In this document: positions 43,727-54,608 of the stretch, piece after piece
How the letters are laid out: the number at the start of each line of letters is the position of its first letter
Numbering within the stretch: position 1 is the stretch's first letter
Sequence record: OZ195776.1
Length of the DNA: 64,000 bases
Strand: one strand, 5' to 3'
Position numbers and translations under genes: made by a program
The notes under the pieces: generated by a model
What the model was told of the DNA's origin: nothing
Database searches by the model: none
Seen by the model: only the letters and a program-made list of their open reading frames with translations

Positions 43727-44767
43727 ATGAAAATAGCGATTCTCGGTGACCTTCACCTTGGTGTAAAAGACGATGATGCGTGGGTTCAACAGAACCAGCG
43801 TGATTTCTTTGAGTTCTTTTTCGGTGAGTGTGAAGAGCAAGGTATCAAAACGATTTTCCAGTTAGGTGACTGGTTTGACGTTCGTCGTGGTCTGTCGCAA
43901 GAGACTCTGATGTTCCAACGTGAATATCTGAATCCAAAGCTGATGGGATACGAGACATACGGTCTGGTTGGTAACCACGACATGCACTTGCGTGAAGAGA
44001 TTACTCCAAACTCGATGTACGAAGTTCTGAGCACACATCCAAACATCCACGTAGTTGAAAAGCCTACGATGATTCGTTTGGGTGGCGTTGATTTCGATTT
44101 CATTCCATGGATGTGTAAAGAAAACACAGAAGAAGTGGCTGAATTCGTTGGTCAAAGCTCTGCAGATTACTGTCTAGGCCACTTCGAGTTGAATGGTTTC
44201 TACTTTGCACGTGGTCAAAAGTCATCTGGTATTGATGGTGGTTTCCTAAGCCGTTACGATCAAGTTTGGTCTGGTCACTTCCATACAATCTCAACAAACG
44301 GTAACATTCGTTATATGGGTACTCCATACACATTAACGATGGCTGATGCGGATGATCCTCGCGGTTTCCATATATTTGATACTGAAACTCGTGAACTAAC
44401 ATTCGTAGAAAACCCAGTTTGTCACCATACGAAACTTTATTTCAACGCTGATACGTTTGATACTAAGTCCATTGAATCGTTCGCGAACAAAGCGGTTAAA
44501 ATCATCGTAGAGAAGCGTAGTTCTGACGAACGCAAGAAGATTAACTTCGATGCGATCGAAGAACGTATGGCACAAGTAGTTCACCAGCTACAAACTCTCG
44601 ATGAAATCGATTTGGTCGAACACGTCGCAGATGACGTTAAAACGATTAAAGACATCGATACGTACGTCGATGAATACGTTGAAACCTTGGATGAATCATC
44701 TGAGGTTAAAGAACGCGTCCGTACAATCTTCAAAGCACTCTATCGAGAAGCTAAGGATTTAGAATGA
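43727..44767 (+). CDS. 47: Recombination endonuclease subunit gp47 (Mre11-like)
   Basis: GDLHLG, QLGDWFD, GNHD, GHFEL, SGHFH. Confidence 0.95.
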   Translation: MKIAILGDLHLGVKDDDAWVQQNQRDFFEFFFGECEEQGIKTIFQLGDWFDVRRGLSQETLMFQREYLNPKLMGYETYGLVGNHDMHLREEITPNSMYEVLSTHPNIHVVEKPTMIRLGGVDFDFIPWMCKENTEEVAEFVGQSSADYCLGHFELNGFYFARGQKSSGIDGGFLSRYDQVWSGHFHTISTNGNIRYMGTPYTLTMADADDPRGFHIFDTETRELTFVENPVCHHTKLYFNADTFDTKSIESFANKAVKIIVEKRSSDERKKINFDAIEERMAQVVHQLQTLDEIDLVEHVADDVKTIKDIDTYVDEYVETLDESSEVKERVRTIFKALYREAKDLE

Positions 44768-44994
44768 GTTTGAGCCCTTGTAAAGTATGTGGCTGCGCTC
44801 CGTTTGTTCACCAATCGCCTGTTTCGGCGGTTGGTTGTACGTTTTATGCACATATCGTGGAATGTACATTCGAAGAAGAATACAACGGTAAGCAAGTTCC
44901 ACCATTCGTTGAACATACTCTCTCAGTGTACGGCGCTACGAAAGAAGAAGCTGAACAACGCTGGGAGGAATTAAATGGCGAAGTTGGTGTTTAA
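44764..44994 (+). CDS. Lar-like (restriction alleviation family) small Zn-finger protein
   Basis: LSPCKVCG at N-terminus and TKEEAEQRWE at C-terminus. Confidence 0.45.
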   Translation: MSLSPCKVCGCAPFVHQSPVSAVGCTFYAHIVECTFEEEYNGKQVPPFVEHTLSVYGATKEEAEQRWEELNGEVGV

Positions 44995-45532
44995 ATACGC
45001 GTCAATGAACGCAGGTAAAACTGCAAATCTTATTCAAACTGCATACAATTTCAAAGAGAGCAACAAAACAGTTGTCATTTTGACTTCAAGTTTGGATACT
45101 AGATACGGTAAAAACAAAGTAGCAAGTCGTTTAGGTATTGAAGCAGATGCCATTCCAATCTCCCCTGGAGACTGTTTGATGGGTTCGTTTGTTTACGAAT
45201 GTGACGTTATCCTAGTTGATGAAGCTCAGTTCCTCACGAAATCGCAGGTAAAACAACTTGCAAAAATCGTTGACGAATTGGATACAACTGTGATATGCTA
45301 CGGACTTCGAACTGACTTCCAAGGTGAATTGTTCGAAGGTAGTCAGGAACTGCTTGCTCTTGCAGACAAGCTAATTCAGATGCCGTCCGTATGTAACGAA
45401 TGCACAGAAACAGCAACGATGAATGCTCGTTTAACTAATGATACTGATAAAACAGTTATTGGTGGTAACGAGACGTATACTGGAATGTGTCGTAGTTGCT
45501 TCGTGGAGCATCTTAACAAAAATGGTGAGTAA
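44975..45532 (+). CDS. tk: Thymidine kinase
   Basis: YASMNAGKT, ILVDEAQF, YGLRTDF, CRSC. Confidence 0.95.
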   Translation: MAKLVFKYASMNAGKTANLIQTAYNFKESNKTVVILTSSLDTRYGKNKVASRLGIEADAIPISPGDCLMGSFVYECDVILVDEAQFLTKSQVKQLAKIVDELDTTVICYGLRTDFQGELFEGSQELLALADKLIQMPSVCNECTETATMNARLTNDTDKTVIGGNETYTGMCRSCFVEHLNKNGE

Positions 45533-47764
45533 ATGATTAAGTTCATCGACATTGAATATCAAAATATCATGAGTGTCGGGAACAATCCAGTTTATCTAAC
45601 GCTGAATACAGATCACAAGTCACTTGTTACTGGCACCAATGGTGCCGGTAAGAGTACTTTCATCGAAGCGTTGACATTTGGATTGTACGGCAAACCCTTC
45701 CGTAACATTAAGAAACCGCAATTGGTTAACACAGTTAACAAGAAGAAATTGCTAGTAACTCTTAAATTCCAAGACCGTAAGCATACGTATACGATTGTGC
45801 GCGGTATCAAGCCAAACAAATTCGAAATCTATCGCGATGGCGATCTGATTCCACAAGAAGCTGCAGTTGCAGACTACCAGGAAATGCTTGAAAAGCAGAT
45901 TCTGAAAATGTCACTAAGCACATTCAAGCAGATTGCGGTATTGGGTTCTGCTGGTTACACACCGTTTATGTTGCTAACTGCCGGCAAACGTCGTGAAATC
46001 ATCGAAGATTTGTTGGATATCGGCATTTTCTCGAACATGGCTGACTTGAACAAGCTCCAATTGCGTAAGCTGAACGATTCCATCAAAGAACAACAAGCTG
46101 ATATTGATGCTCGTATGAACGAGATTCGTATTCACATCGAATACCAGAAAGAGAACCAAGCTGCTGTCGGTGAAGACATGGCCAAATTGGAATCTCGTCT
46201 GGCTGAATATCAAGCTGCGCGTGAGACTTTGGCTGCTGAAATCATCAAGTACACTGACGAATCGTCTCGTGCACTATCCGAACTGACAGAATACGATGAA
46301 GAAGTGTCTGCTCGTATGGCAGAACTTGCGAAGAAGCATGACGCTGCTGTCGAAAAGATGGACAAGTTGCACCGTGATATGTTAGCTGCGTTCGATGACG
46401 CGAGCAAAAAAGCAGTCAACAACATCCAATCACAGCACGATGAGATCATCGCGAAGTTTGATAGCGAAGTTGAGCGATCTGTTAAGGACCTTGAGTCTTC
46501 TCAAACATCACGTCGTGAAGAATACGAGTCGCATTTTGATAACGAAATGCCACCACGTGTATCTGTTGATGTAATCGCTGAGCAGAAAGCACAGGTAGCG
46601 ACCAACAAGACTGAATTGGATTCACTTGCTAAAAACAAGAGCTTCTACGATACGACTGTTGATTGTCCTACGTGTCGCCAAGCGATTCCTGAGAAGTTCG
46701 CGCAAGAGTTTATTGACTTGGCTAACCGTCAAATCAAAGAGCTGAAAACTGCTACTGTTGCGTTGGTGAACGAAATCAAACTGGCAATGGCAAAGAACAC
46801 CGAACATCAAGAATACCTGGATCAAGGTAAGCGTGATGTTGTGCAAATGAATAGCGAAATGACCGCTGAACGCAATGAGATGATGAAACGTCAAACTGCG
46901 GAACGTCTTGAGCTAACTGGCAAGACCGGTGCGGAAATGGCATCGCTTACAAACGAGCAGAACACGAACCGTCGTCAGATTTCTGATGAAGCAAGTGCTG
47001 AGCGTCGTGAGCTGACTGACAGAAATGACAAAGAACGCAAAGAACTACAGGCGGAAACGTCTTCTAAGCGTGCTGTATTGTCTGATACTCGTCATAACGC
47101 AAGTTCCCAGCTACAAACGGCTAAAACGTCTCAGAATGCGAATGACACGCAATTACGCCAGGTTGAAGGTGACATTGCTGCATTGAAGAAACGTAGCGAA
47201 TCGGAAGATCGAACTGATTTGATTAAAAAGTTGTCTTCTGAGTTAAAAACAGTTAAAATGACGAACGAGCATGATGTGCAAACAAAACACGCTCGTGACA
47301 TTGTAAACACCTTATTGAAAGATAACGGCGTTAAGACAATGATCATTCGTCAATACATCCCGCTAATCAACAAGTTCATCAATGATTACTTGAAGATTAT
47401 GGGTGCCAACTACAACTTCATTCTTGATGAAGAGTTCAACGAGACAATCAAATCTCGTGGTCGTGATGACTTCAGTTACACGTCTTTCTCTCAGGGTGAA
47501 CGTGGTCGTATCGACTTGGCATTGTTATTCGCTTTCCGTGACCTAGTTGCGGCAAGAACTGGTGCAATGAGCTCAATCCTGGTACTAGATGAAGTGTTCG
47601 ATTCAGCAACCGATACCGATGGTGTGGATGCAATCAACTCGATTCTGGATAACCTACCAGACAACGTCATGGTGATTTCTCACAACGAGAAAAACCAAGA
47701 GAAAGAATTCGATCGTCATCTTCGCTTCAAGAAGGTCGGGAGCTTTACTCGATTGGAGAACTAA
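45533..47764 (+). CDS. 46: Recombination endonuclease subunit gp46 (Rad50-like)
   Basis: GTNGAGKST, CPTC zinc hook, FSQGE, LVLDEVFD, ISH. Confidence 0.95.
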   Translation: MIKFIDIEYQNIMSVGNNPVYLTLNTDHKSLVTGTNGAGKSTFIEALTFGLYGKPFRNIKKPQLVNTVNKKKLLVTLKFQDRKHTYTIVRGIKPNKFEIYRDGDLIPQEAAVADYQEMLEKQILKMSLSTFKQIAVLGSAGYTPFMLLTAGKRREIIEDLLDIGIFSNMADLNKLQLRKLNDSIKEQQADIDARMNEIRIHIEYQKENQAAVGEDMAKLESRLAEYQAARETLAAEIIKYTDESSRALSELTEYDEEVSARMAELAKKHDAAVEKMDKLHRDMLAAFDDASKKAVNNIQSQHDEIIAKFDSEVERSVKDLESSQTSRREEYESHFDNEMPPRVSVDVIAEQKAQVATNKTELDSLAKNKSFYDTTVDCPTCRQAIPEKFAQEFIDLANRQIKELKTATVALVNEIKLAMAKNTEHQEYLDQGKRDVVQMNSEMTAERNEMMKRQTAERLELTGKTGAEMASLTNEQNTNRRQISDEASAERRELTDRNDKERKELQAETSSKRAVLSDTRHNASSQLQTAKTSQNANDTQLRQVEGDIAALKKRSESEDRTDLIKKLSSELKTVKMTNEHDVQTKHARDIVNTLLKDNGVKTMIIRQYIPLINKFINDYLKIMGANYNFILDEEFNETIKSRGRDDFSYTSFSQGERGRIDLALLFAFRDLVAARTGAMSSILVLDEVFDSATDTDGVDAINSILDNLPDNVMVISHNEKNQEKEFDRHLRFKKVGSFTRLEN

Positions 47765-47768
47765 CCAA

Positions 47769-48182
47769 ATGAACATAATCCCAATGCGCGCTGATTTCAG
47801 CGCGGATTTTTACAACATGATTACGTTCCTCCAGACTTACGAACATCGGAACGGCTCTATTGAGTGCCGTACCGGATCGTTTCAACTTGGAAGAGCAACT
47901 GGTCATACCGAAGTGCTGAAATCGACTGTAAAACGTCTGAAAGCTGAAGGTAATGACGTAATGGTAGTCGGTCTAAAGTGCAATCAGGATGGTTGTGATG
48001 TGACGTATGATAAATTCACAAGAGGTGAGATTTTCCGTGGACATCGTAATTTCCCTGACGTAATCATATTCGAATGTTTTTCGCATCCCAATGTTCCGAT
48101 CGGGCATGTGTATGAAACAATCGCTGATATCGAGTGTCGTGTACGAGGTAGATCGAAACCGGTTTATTTTAAGGTGCAGTAA
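47769..48182 (+). CDS. Hypothetical protein
   Basis: In-operon ORF. Confidence 0.55.
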   Translation: MNIIPMRADFSADFYNMITFLQTYEHRNGSIECRTGSFQLGRATGHTEVLKSTVKRLKAEGNDVMVVGLKCNQDGCDVTYDKFTRGEIFRGHRNFPDVIIFECFSHPNVPIGHVYETIADIECRVRGRSKPVYFKVQ

Positions 48183-48400
48183 TGGATTTCATAGACGATT
48201 TACACAAAACACATCCAGAAGAAAAACACTGGGTAATCATAGAAAAGTTATCCGGAAAGGAACGAACCATTCCAGAAGCTATTTTGAAACAACGATTTGA
48301 TGCTGACCGTTGGACGGCAATTACATCAGGTACAGATCGCTATTTTATGGCGTATGAATATAACCTGACTTCCAACGAACGTACGTTTAACCTGCAATAA
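48182..48400 (+). CDS. Hypothetical protein
   Basis: In-operon ORF. Confidence 0.55.
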   Translation: MDFIDDLHKTHPEEKHWVIIEKLSGKERTIPEAILKQRFDADRWTAITSGTDRYFMAYEYNLTSNERTFNLQ

Positions 48401-48413
48401 ACCAGCGTATAAT
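48386..48413 (+). promoter_or_regulatory. Promoter for 45-44-62-regA
   Basis: TTTAAC-N16-TATAAT. Confidence 0.55.
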
Positions 48414-48439
48414 AATCTTATTTGAATGAAGGAATGAAC

Positions 48440-49096
48440 ATGAAACTGAGTAAAACAACTATTGATGTGCTGAAAAACTTTGCAAGCATCAATAACGGTA
48501 TGGTTATCCACGAAGGCTCTCGCATTCGTACACAAGATAACTTGAACAAACAAATCGCATTCGCTGATATCGATGATTCGTTTCCTATGGACTTTGCAGT
48601 GTACGATTTGGGTGAATTCCTAAGTGCATTAGCGTTGGTACCAGAAGCGGAATTGACGTTCCACGAATCATTCGTTGAAGTATCGAACCCAAGCACGAGC
48701 TTGACTTTCCAATACGCTAATATGGCGTTTGTAACAGAAGCTCCTGAAAAAGTAAACTTCCCACAAGATGGTGTAGTTGATTTCGAAGTTCGTGGCGAAG
48801 ATCTAACACAAGTACTAAAAGCATCGAGCACCCTCGGTCTTCCGGAAATCCGTGTTAGTTCTGAGATGGGCACGAAAGAAATTCAAATGTCTGCTGTTGA
48901 TGCGGAAGGTGCGTCTAAGCACACATTCAAAATCAACGTAGGTGAGACAAAAGAGAACGAAGAATTTGAATTCTTCTTCAAATCTGACTTACTGACAATT
49001 GTTAAACAAGACTACCGAGTATCCATTCACCCAGCAGGCATTGGCCGTTTCGTTGGTCTGAATCTGGAATACTTTATCGCAACAGAAGCTCACTAA
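48440..49096 (+). CDS. 45: Sliding clamp gp45
   Basis: MKLSKTTIDVLKNFASINNG, FAVYDLGEFL. Confidence 0.95.
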   Translation: MKLSKTTIDVLKNFASINNGMVIHEGSRIRTQDNLNKQIAFADIDDSFPMDFAVYDLGEFLSALALVPEAELTFHESFVEVSNPSTSLTFQYANMAFVTEAPEKVNFPQDGVVDFEVRGEDLTQVLKASSTLGLPEIRVSSEMGTKEIQMSAVDAEGASKHTFKINVGETKENEEFEFFFKSDLLTIVKQDYRVSIHPAGIGRFVGLNLEYFIATEAH

Positions 49097-49104
49097 TCCA
49101 AATC

Positions 49105-49128
49105 AGCCGGTTAATCGACCGGCTTTAT
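49105..49128 (+). terminator. Probable terminator
   Basis: AGCCGG/CCGGCT plus TTATT. Confidence 0.55.
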
Positions 49129-49168
49129 TCTCCACCCTATTGTGTTTGTTATATTTGAAGGAAAAATC

Positions 49169-50119
49169 ATGAAATTTATGCCCGATGAGTTGTTGTGGGA
49201 ACAAAAGTACCGTCCACTTTCTATTGAAGACTGTGTATTGCCAAGTCGAGTTCGTAAAATGTTCGATACTATGATTGAACAGAAGTCGATTCCAAATATG
49301 CTGCTTTGTAGTTCTTCTCCAGGTACTGGTAAAACAACTGTAGCACGTGCTGTAATGAACGATCTTGGTTACGAAGTGTTGTTTGTCAATGCATCAAGTA
49401 ATCGCGGCGTATCGCTCGTACAACACGATTTACCAGCATTCTGCAGCAGCGTTTCAATGACAGGTAAACCAAAAGCTGTTATTCTGGATGAGGCTGATAA
49501 CCTTACTCCTGATGCACAAAAAGCGTTGCGTGGATTAATCGAGCAGTTCAGTAAGAACGTTCGTTTCATCTTGACTTGCAACTATGCGCAAAAGATTATC
49601 GATCCTATTCGTAGTCGTCTCCAAGAGTTCGAGTTTGTATACAGCAAGCACGAGCAACTGGAATGCATCAAGCAGATGATTATACGAAGTGCGAAAATCT
49701 GTAAGAACGAAAAGGTTGCCGTATCATCAGCAACGGTATTGAAAGAGCTTGTTAAGCGTAACTACCCAGACAACCGTAAAACAGTTGTTTCGTTGCAAAA
49801 CTACGCTCGTGGCGGTAAGATTGATGAAGGTATTCTATCGGAAATCATAGCAAATGATGATATCAGCGTTCTAATCGACGCGTTGAAGAGTAAAAACTTC
49901 AAAGTGATTCGCGATCTGATTCCAACATACGCTGGTGATGTTGCAGCGTTCCTGCATACTTTGTACAAGAAAGCGTATCTTGAGTTAGAACCAGAAAGTA
50001 TTCCAGATTTCATCGGAATCGTTGGTGAAACCAATAACAACGTTCACTCTTGTGTAGATACAGAAATTCTATTATCTTACGCATTGTGTCAAATCATGGT
50101 TGAATGTAACTTCCAATAA
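49169..50119 (+). CDS. 44: Clamp loader large subunit gp44
   Basis: LWEQKYRP, SPGTGKTT, ILDEAD, FILTCN, IRSR. Confidence 0.96.
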   Translation: MKFMPDELLWEQKYRPLSIEDCVLPSRVRKMFDTMIEQKSIPNMLLCSSSPGTGKTTVARAVMNDLGYEVLFVNASSNRGVSLVQHDLPAFCSSVSMTGKPKAVILDEADNLTPDAQKALRGLIEQFSKNVRFILTCNYAQKIIDPIRSRLQEFEFVYSKHEQLECIKQMIIRSAKICKNEKVAVSSATVLKELVKRNYPDNRKTVVSLQNYARGGKIDEGILSEIIANDDISVLIDALKSKNFKVIRDLIPTYAGDVAAFLHTLYKKAYLELEPESIPDFIGIVGETNNNVHSCVDTEILLSYALCQIMVECNFQ

Positions 50120-50127
50120 GGTGTTCA

Positions 50128-50622
50128 ATGGATATTTTTGAAATGGTGAGAGCCGGGCAGAAAGCCCAACTCGAGCAAGAAACGCGTGAAACTGAGCTCA
50201 AACAAGAGTTTGATGCGATGAAAGTGAAAAAGCTGTCACCTTTTGATTGGTTGAACAGCATCTATAACAAAGATCATATAATGACGCCGGAAAATGAAAA
50301 ACAATACAGCGCATTTATGGTTAATCGTGGTCTAAGCCAAAACGTTGATACAGTGGTGCACGCGTTTTATATGGACCAAATGAGCAAGTTGCCTTTGGAT
50401 ATGCAATACGATTACCTGTTTCACGCAGTACGTAAGGGACGTCGTCGTGGTGGATGGGCGAAAGCTCCTAAGCACGACGTTGATACCATTATGGAAGTGT
50501 TTCAAGTGAATCAGAATCAAGCATTGGCAATATCAGCTCGTTTAACAGACGAACAGCATGAACAACTAAACAACTGGTTTAATGATCGTGGTGGCGTTAC
50601 CCGTAAACGCCGTACTAAATAG
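50128..50622 (+). CDS. 62: Clamp loader small subunit gp62
   Basis: SPFDWLNSI, FMVNRGLSQ, QYDYL; synteny. Confidence 0.9.
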   Translation: MDIFEMVRAGQKAQLEQETRETELKQEFDAMKVKKLSPFDWLNSIYNKDHIMTPENEKQYSAFMVNRGLSQNVDTVVHAFYMDQMSKLPLDMQYDYLFHAVRKGRRRGGWAKAPKHDVDTIMEVFQVNQNQALAISARLTDEQHEQLNNWFNDRGGVTRKRRTK

Positions 50623-50649
50623 CGGGTAACTACAACATGGAACAGTGAA

Positions 50650-51033
50650 ATGAATGAGATTATTAACAAACTAGAGATCCACCTGCCGGACGAGGACGCG
50701 TTTCTGAAGATTCGTGAAACGCTAACCCGTATTGGTATCGCTAATAACAAGACTAAGACGCTGCATCAGTCGTGTCATATTCTTCAAAAGCGTGGCCATT
50801 ACTACCTTGTGCATTTCAAAGAACTTCTGGCTCTGGATGGTCGTTGTGTGGAAATGTCTGCCGAAGACATTGAGCGTCGAAACAACATCGCGAAACTATT
50901 GGAAGATTGGGGTCTATGCTCAGTTGCTAACCCAGTAGATCACGAGTTTACCGGCGACAACAAGTTCCGAATTATTTCGTATCGTGACTCCAAAGAATGG
51001 ACATTGCGTTACAAGTACAAAATCGGCGCTTAA
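50650..51033 (+). CDS. regA: Translational repressor RegA
   Basis: FLKIRETLTRIGIAN, CHILQKRG.YY.VHFKELL. Confidence 0.96.
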   Translation: MNEIINKLEIHLPDEDAFLKIRETLTRIGIANNKTKTLHQSCHILQKRGHYYLVHFKELLALDGRCVEMSAEDIERRNNIAKLLEDWGLCSVANPVDHEFTGDNKFRIISYRDSKEWTLRYKYKIGA

Positions 51034-51038
51034 CTGAT

Positions 51039-51058
51039 ATGGGCTCTACGGAGCCCAT
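51039..51058 (+). other. cUACGg tetraloop hairpin after regA
   Basis: ATGGGCTC-TACG-GAGCCCAT; only a short T run follows. Confidence 0.6.
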
Positions 51059-51075
51059 TAGACGAGAATATTATT

Positions 51076-51582
51076 ATGGACAACTCAACATTTCTTGAAT
51101 ACCTTAAAATCGGTGGCGATTTTGAGAATGCTGTACTACCTCTTCTGTTTGAATACTTTTCAAAGATTGACGAAGAAGTAGCAATCCTACCCCTTGCAAA
51201 CAGCAAGGATAATCCTGAACAAGGACGTGGTCAAGTGTGGATAAACGCTAATGGTACCACTCACGCAGTTCCGGATTTCATCGTGCGCTGTCACGATTAC
51301 CTATTCCTTATCGACGCCAAGTCGAAAAACTTCTGGTTCGAAGACCGATTCGGTTATATCGACCAGCACAAAGTCAAAGATGACTACATTCCAAGTTTAA
51401 AAAAATTCAAAGCAGATGCTGTACTATATGTGTTCGGTAATCGTAAGACGGGCGAAGTGTATCTGACAAAGACACGCGGAGAATCTTTGCACATCAGTTC
51501 TATGGCAAACGCTAAGAACCAAGGCAAGTTCCTTGGATGGGACATCAACGATCAAATCTTTATCGGCAAAGCTGATTGGTAA
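51076..51582 (+). CDS. PD-(D/E)xK-like nuclease
   Basis: VPDFIV...LIDAKSK. Confidence 0.55.
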   Translation: MDNSTFLEYLKIGGDFENAVLPLLFEYFSKIDEEVAILPLANSKDNPEQGRGQVWINANGTTHAVPDFIVRCHDYLFLIDAKSKNFWFEDRFGYIDQHKVKDDYIPSLKKFKADAVLYVFGNRKTGEVYLTKTRGESLHISSMANAKNQGKFLGWDINDQIFIGKADW

Positions 51583-51585
51583 TCG

Positions 51586-51614
51586 TTGTATCGAATAAGC
51601 AATTCCTGTATAAT
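51586..51614 (+). promoter_or_regulatory. Promoter for gene 43
   Basis: TTGTAT-N17-TATAAT. Confidence 0.65.
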
Positions 51615-51646
51615 TTTAGATTCATGTGAGTAAATTGAGGAGCATC

Positions 51647-54223
51647 ATGTTTTACCTTTCTGTAGATAAAATCGGCAACCGTCTTTTAGAACGTTACATT
51701 GACGTTGACGGTGTTGAAAAGAGTCGAGAAATCGATTACACACCAACCTTATTCTTACCAACCATTCACGACAGTCCATATAAAGATATTTTTGGTCAAG
51801 CACAGCTTCCTAAGATGTTTGACACAATGCGAGACGCTGATGACTATATTCGTCTAGCGAAGGATCGTGGAGCAACAATTAATGGTATGGAAGACTACGT
51901 TCTTGCATACATCTCGGATCGTTACGTGAATCGTGAGTTCGATATGAGCAAGATTCGTGTAGCAAATATCGATATCGAGACGCCGTCTATTGAGTTTCCA
52001 AACGCAATTGAGGCGAAATACGAGATTACATCGATTGGTCACCACGATAGCATCAAAGACAAGTACTTCGTGTGGGGCATTCCTACAAACGAAGAATGGT
52101 CAAAAGAAAAGTCGGAACTAGATCCAGCATTACTTGAAAAAGTTGAGTACATTCGTTGTACGTCTGAAAAAGAGCTGTTGATTCGTTACCTTCAATTCTG
52201 GCGCCAATTCACACCAGCAGTCGTTACTGGCTGGAACATCGAAACGTTCGATTTACCGTACATTGTCAATCGTATGGAGAAGGTTCTCGGTAAAAAAGTA
52301 ACCCAAACATTAAGTCCTTGGAATAAAGTGAATAAACGCACTATTACCAACGACTATGGTCAAGAATCGATGAAGATCAACATTGTAGGTGTTGCGGAAC
52401 TCGATTACCTTCAACTGTACAAGAAATTCACGTTCATCACTCGTCCATCATACAAGTTGGATTATGTTGGTGAAGTGGAAGTTGGTCAGAAAAAAGTTGA
52501 GTTCGAGCAAGCTAACTACTTGGAATTCTACAAGCAAGACTACAAAAACTTCATTGACTACCAAATTCAGGATGTTCAGTTGGTTAATCGTATCGATACC
52601 AAACTAATGCTCTTGAACCTAGCATTCAGCATTTCTTACTACGCAGGTATCAACTTTACAAGCGTGTTCGGAACGTTGAAGCCGTGGGATGCAATCATCT
52701 TCAATAGCTTGAAGAAAGATAAGAAAGTCGTCCCAATGTCTAAGCACCAAGAATCTGCAAGTTTCATGGGTGCATTCGTTAAAGCTCCGCAGGTGGGATT
52801 CCATAAATCGATTGGCTCTTTTGACTTAACATCACTATATCCGTCAATCATTCGTGAATGTAACATCTCGCCTGAGACAATTGTGAGACAGTATGACTAC
52901 GTTGGTCAGTTAGCTGATCGTGTGGATTTACTAGTTGGAATGGAAATCGGCGTTCCTGATGATGGCAATAGCCACTCAGCGAATGGTATGTGCTACCGTA
53001 AAGATATCCGTGGAGTAATCCCAGTTGAAATCGAGAAAGTGTTTTTCGAACGTAAGGCGAACAAGAAGAAGTCGTTTGAGCACCAACAAAACGCGTTGGA
53101 TGCACAAGCAGAACTAAAAGATCGTGGTAAGTTTGATAAATTTGATGGGTTATCCGTTGAAGATATAAACGCTTACTACAAAGAGAGCAACAGTTTAGCG
53201 ACTCAATTCGATGTCCAGCAAATGGCTCGTAAGATCTTGATCAACTCGCTTTATGGAGCTCAAGGCCATCACATGTTCCGTTATTACGATCTGCGTAATG
53301 CAGAAGCGGTAACATCGTACGGTCAACTTGCAATCAAATGGGTTTCACGTGACGTGAACGTTTGGATGAACAAGATGTGTGGTACGGAAGATGTCGACTA
53401 TGTCGTATACACCGATACTGACTCAATCTATGTTGGATTCGAAACGCTGATGAACAAACTTGGCATGTACAAGTTGGAAGGCGACGCGTTCACTGACAAA
53501 TTCTCTATGATCTGTGAAAAGATCGAGACAAACGTGATTAACCCTTCGTACCAACATCTTCATGAATACATGAACACATACGAGCGTCAGATGTTTATGG
53601 ACCGAGAGGTTCTTGCAAACACAGGCTTCTTTATCGCTAAGAAGCGTTATGCGCTGGATGTTCAAGACAACGAGGGCATTCGTAAGCCTAAGTTGAAAAT
53701 CATGGGTATTGAAACGCAACGAAGCAGCACGCCACCATTGGCTCAGAAGGGCTTGAAAGAATCGATTCGTTTGATTCTTCAACAAGGTGAAGATGCAATG
53801 CAGGCGTACGTGAAAGATTTCCGTGATGATTTCATGAAGGCTGAATATCAGCAAATCAGTTTCGTATCGAGTGCGAATAACATGGGCAAATACAGCAATG
53901 TAGATGGAACACCTGGTAAAGGTTGTCCTGGTCATGTTAAAGCAGCTCTTTACTACAACAAAATCGCCAAAGACCTTGGGTTTAATCCAATCGAAGAAGG
54001 CGATAAGATTGCTGTCGTGTTCTTAGATCGAAACGAATACGGAATTGACCGTATTGCGTATCCTTCTGGTGGCAAACTTCCACGTGAGCTGAATCATATT
54101 GTTTCAGCAGTAGACCGTAGACGTTTGTACGATGACAAGTTCATCGCACCGCTGAACAAAATCTGTGATGCAATTAAATGGGAACACAAAAAGTCCAACA
54201 ACCTTAGCGCGTTCTTTGGTTAA
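51647..54223 (+). CDS. 43: Family B DNA polymerase gp43
   Basis: [32 protein letters not shown]; uninterrupted. Confidence 0.98.
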   Translation: MFYLSVDKIGNRLLERYIDVDGVEKSREIDYTPTLFLPTIHDSPYKDIFGQAQLPKMFDTMRDADDYIRLAKDRGATINGMEDYVLAYISDRYVNREFDMSKIRVANIDIETPSIEFPNAIEAKYEITSIGHHDSIKDKYFVWGIPTNEEWSKEKSELDPALLEKVEYIRCTSEKELLIRYLQFWRQFTPAVVTGWNIETFDLPYIVNRMEKVLGKKVTQTLSPWNKVNKRTITNDYGQESMKINIVGVAELDYLQLYKKFTFITRPSYKLDYVGEVEVGQKKVEFEQANYLEFYKQDYKNFIDYQIQDVQLVNRIDTKLMLLNLAFSISYYAGINFTSVFGTLKPWDAIIFNSLKKDKKVVPMSKHQESASFMGAFVKAPQVGFHKSIGSFDLTSLYPSIIRECNISPETIVRQYDYVGQLADRVDLLVGMEIGVPDDGNSHSANGMCYRKDIRGVIPVEIEKVFFERKANKKKSFEHQQNALDAQAELKDRGKFDKFDGLSVEDINAYYKESNSLATQFDVQQMARKILINSLYGAQGHHMFRYYDLRNAEAVTSYGQLAIKWVSRDVNVWMNKMCGTEDVDYVVYTDTDSIYVGFETLMNKLGMYKLEGDAFTDKFSMICEKIETNVINPSYQHLHEYMNTYERQMFMDREVLANTGFFIAKKRYALDVQDNEGIRKPKLKIMGIETQRSSTPPLAQKGLKESIRLILQQGEDAMQAYVKDFRDDFMKAEYQQISFVSSANNMGKYSNVDGTPGKGCPGHVKAALYYNKIAKDLGFNPIEEGDKIAVVFLDRNEYGIDRIAYPSGGKLPRELNHIVSAVDRRRLYDDKFIAPLNKICDAIKWEHKKSNNLSAFFG

Positions 54224-54231
54224 GACCTGGA

Positions 54232-54264
54232 AATATGCTGGTATAATGCCAGCATATTCTTTTT
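54232..54264 (+). terminator. Terminator-like hairpin with TATAAT in the loop
   Basis: AATATGCTGG-TATAATG-CCAGCATATT-CTTTTT. Confidence 0.6.
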
Positions 54265-54276
54265 GAGGAACAGATA

Positions 54277-54582
54277 ATGAATGAAGCAGATGATCCAAAC
54301 AAATGTTTCCACCATACAGTAGGTGGAGCCCAAGTCGGTGATTCCAGTGTTTGTCGTGACCATTTTCCGGATCAAGGGCAATACGTTTTTACCGGCAATC
54401 TAAATACGTTACCGATTTCGTACAATGTTGATGTTAACATCAAAGATGTGGCAATCGAAGGTGATAAATTGGTAGTGGTGATGGGCTCGGAAGTAGCAAC
54501 GACATCAACGCCAGATACTCGCATTCGTCTGCCTATGAAACAGGTACGTGAAATCGCACAAGTAATACTACAAACAATTTAA
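54277..54582 (+). CDS. Hypothetical protein
   Basis: GAGG RBS. Confidence 0.55.
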   Translation: MNEADDPNKCFHHTVGGAQVGDSSVCRDHFPDQGQYVFTGNLNTLPISYNVDVNIKDVAIEGDKLVVVMGSEVATTSTPDTRIRLPMKQVREIAQVILQTI

Positions 54583-54608
54583 GCAAATTTAAGAAATAGA
54601 GGTGACTG

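Noticed and set aside
51037-51047. ATATGGGCTCT as another class A promoter leader
   Set aside because: No -35 box or CCTGTAATAT; better explained as the stem of a UNCG hairpin
51615-51640. gp43 autogenous translational operator hairpin
   Set aside because: Only a 4-bp stem (ATTC/GAGT) can be drawn; too weak to call
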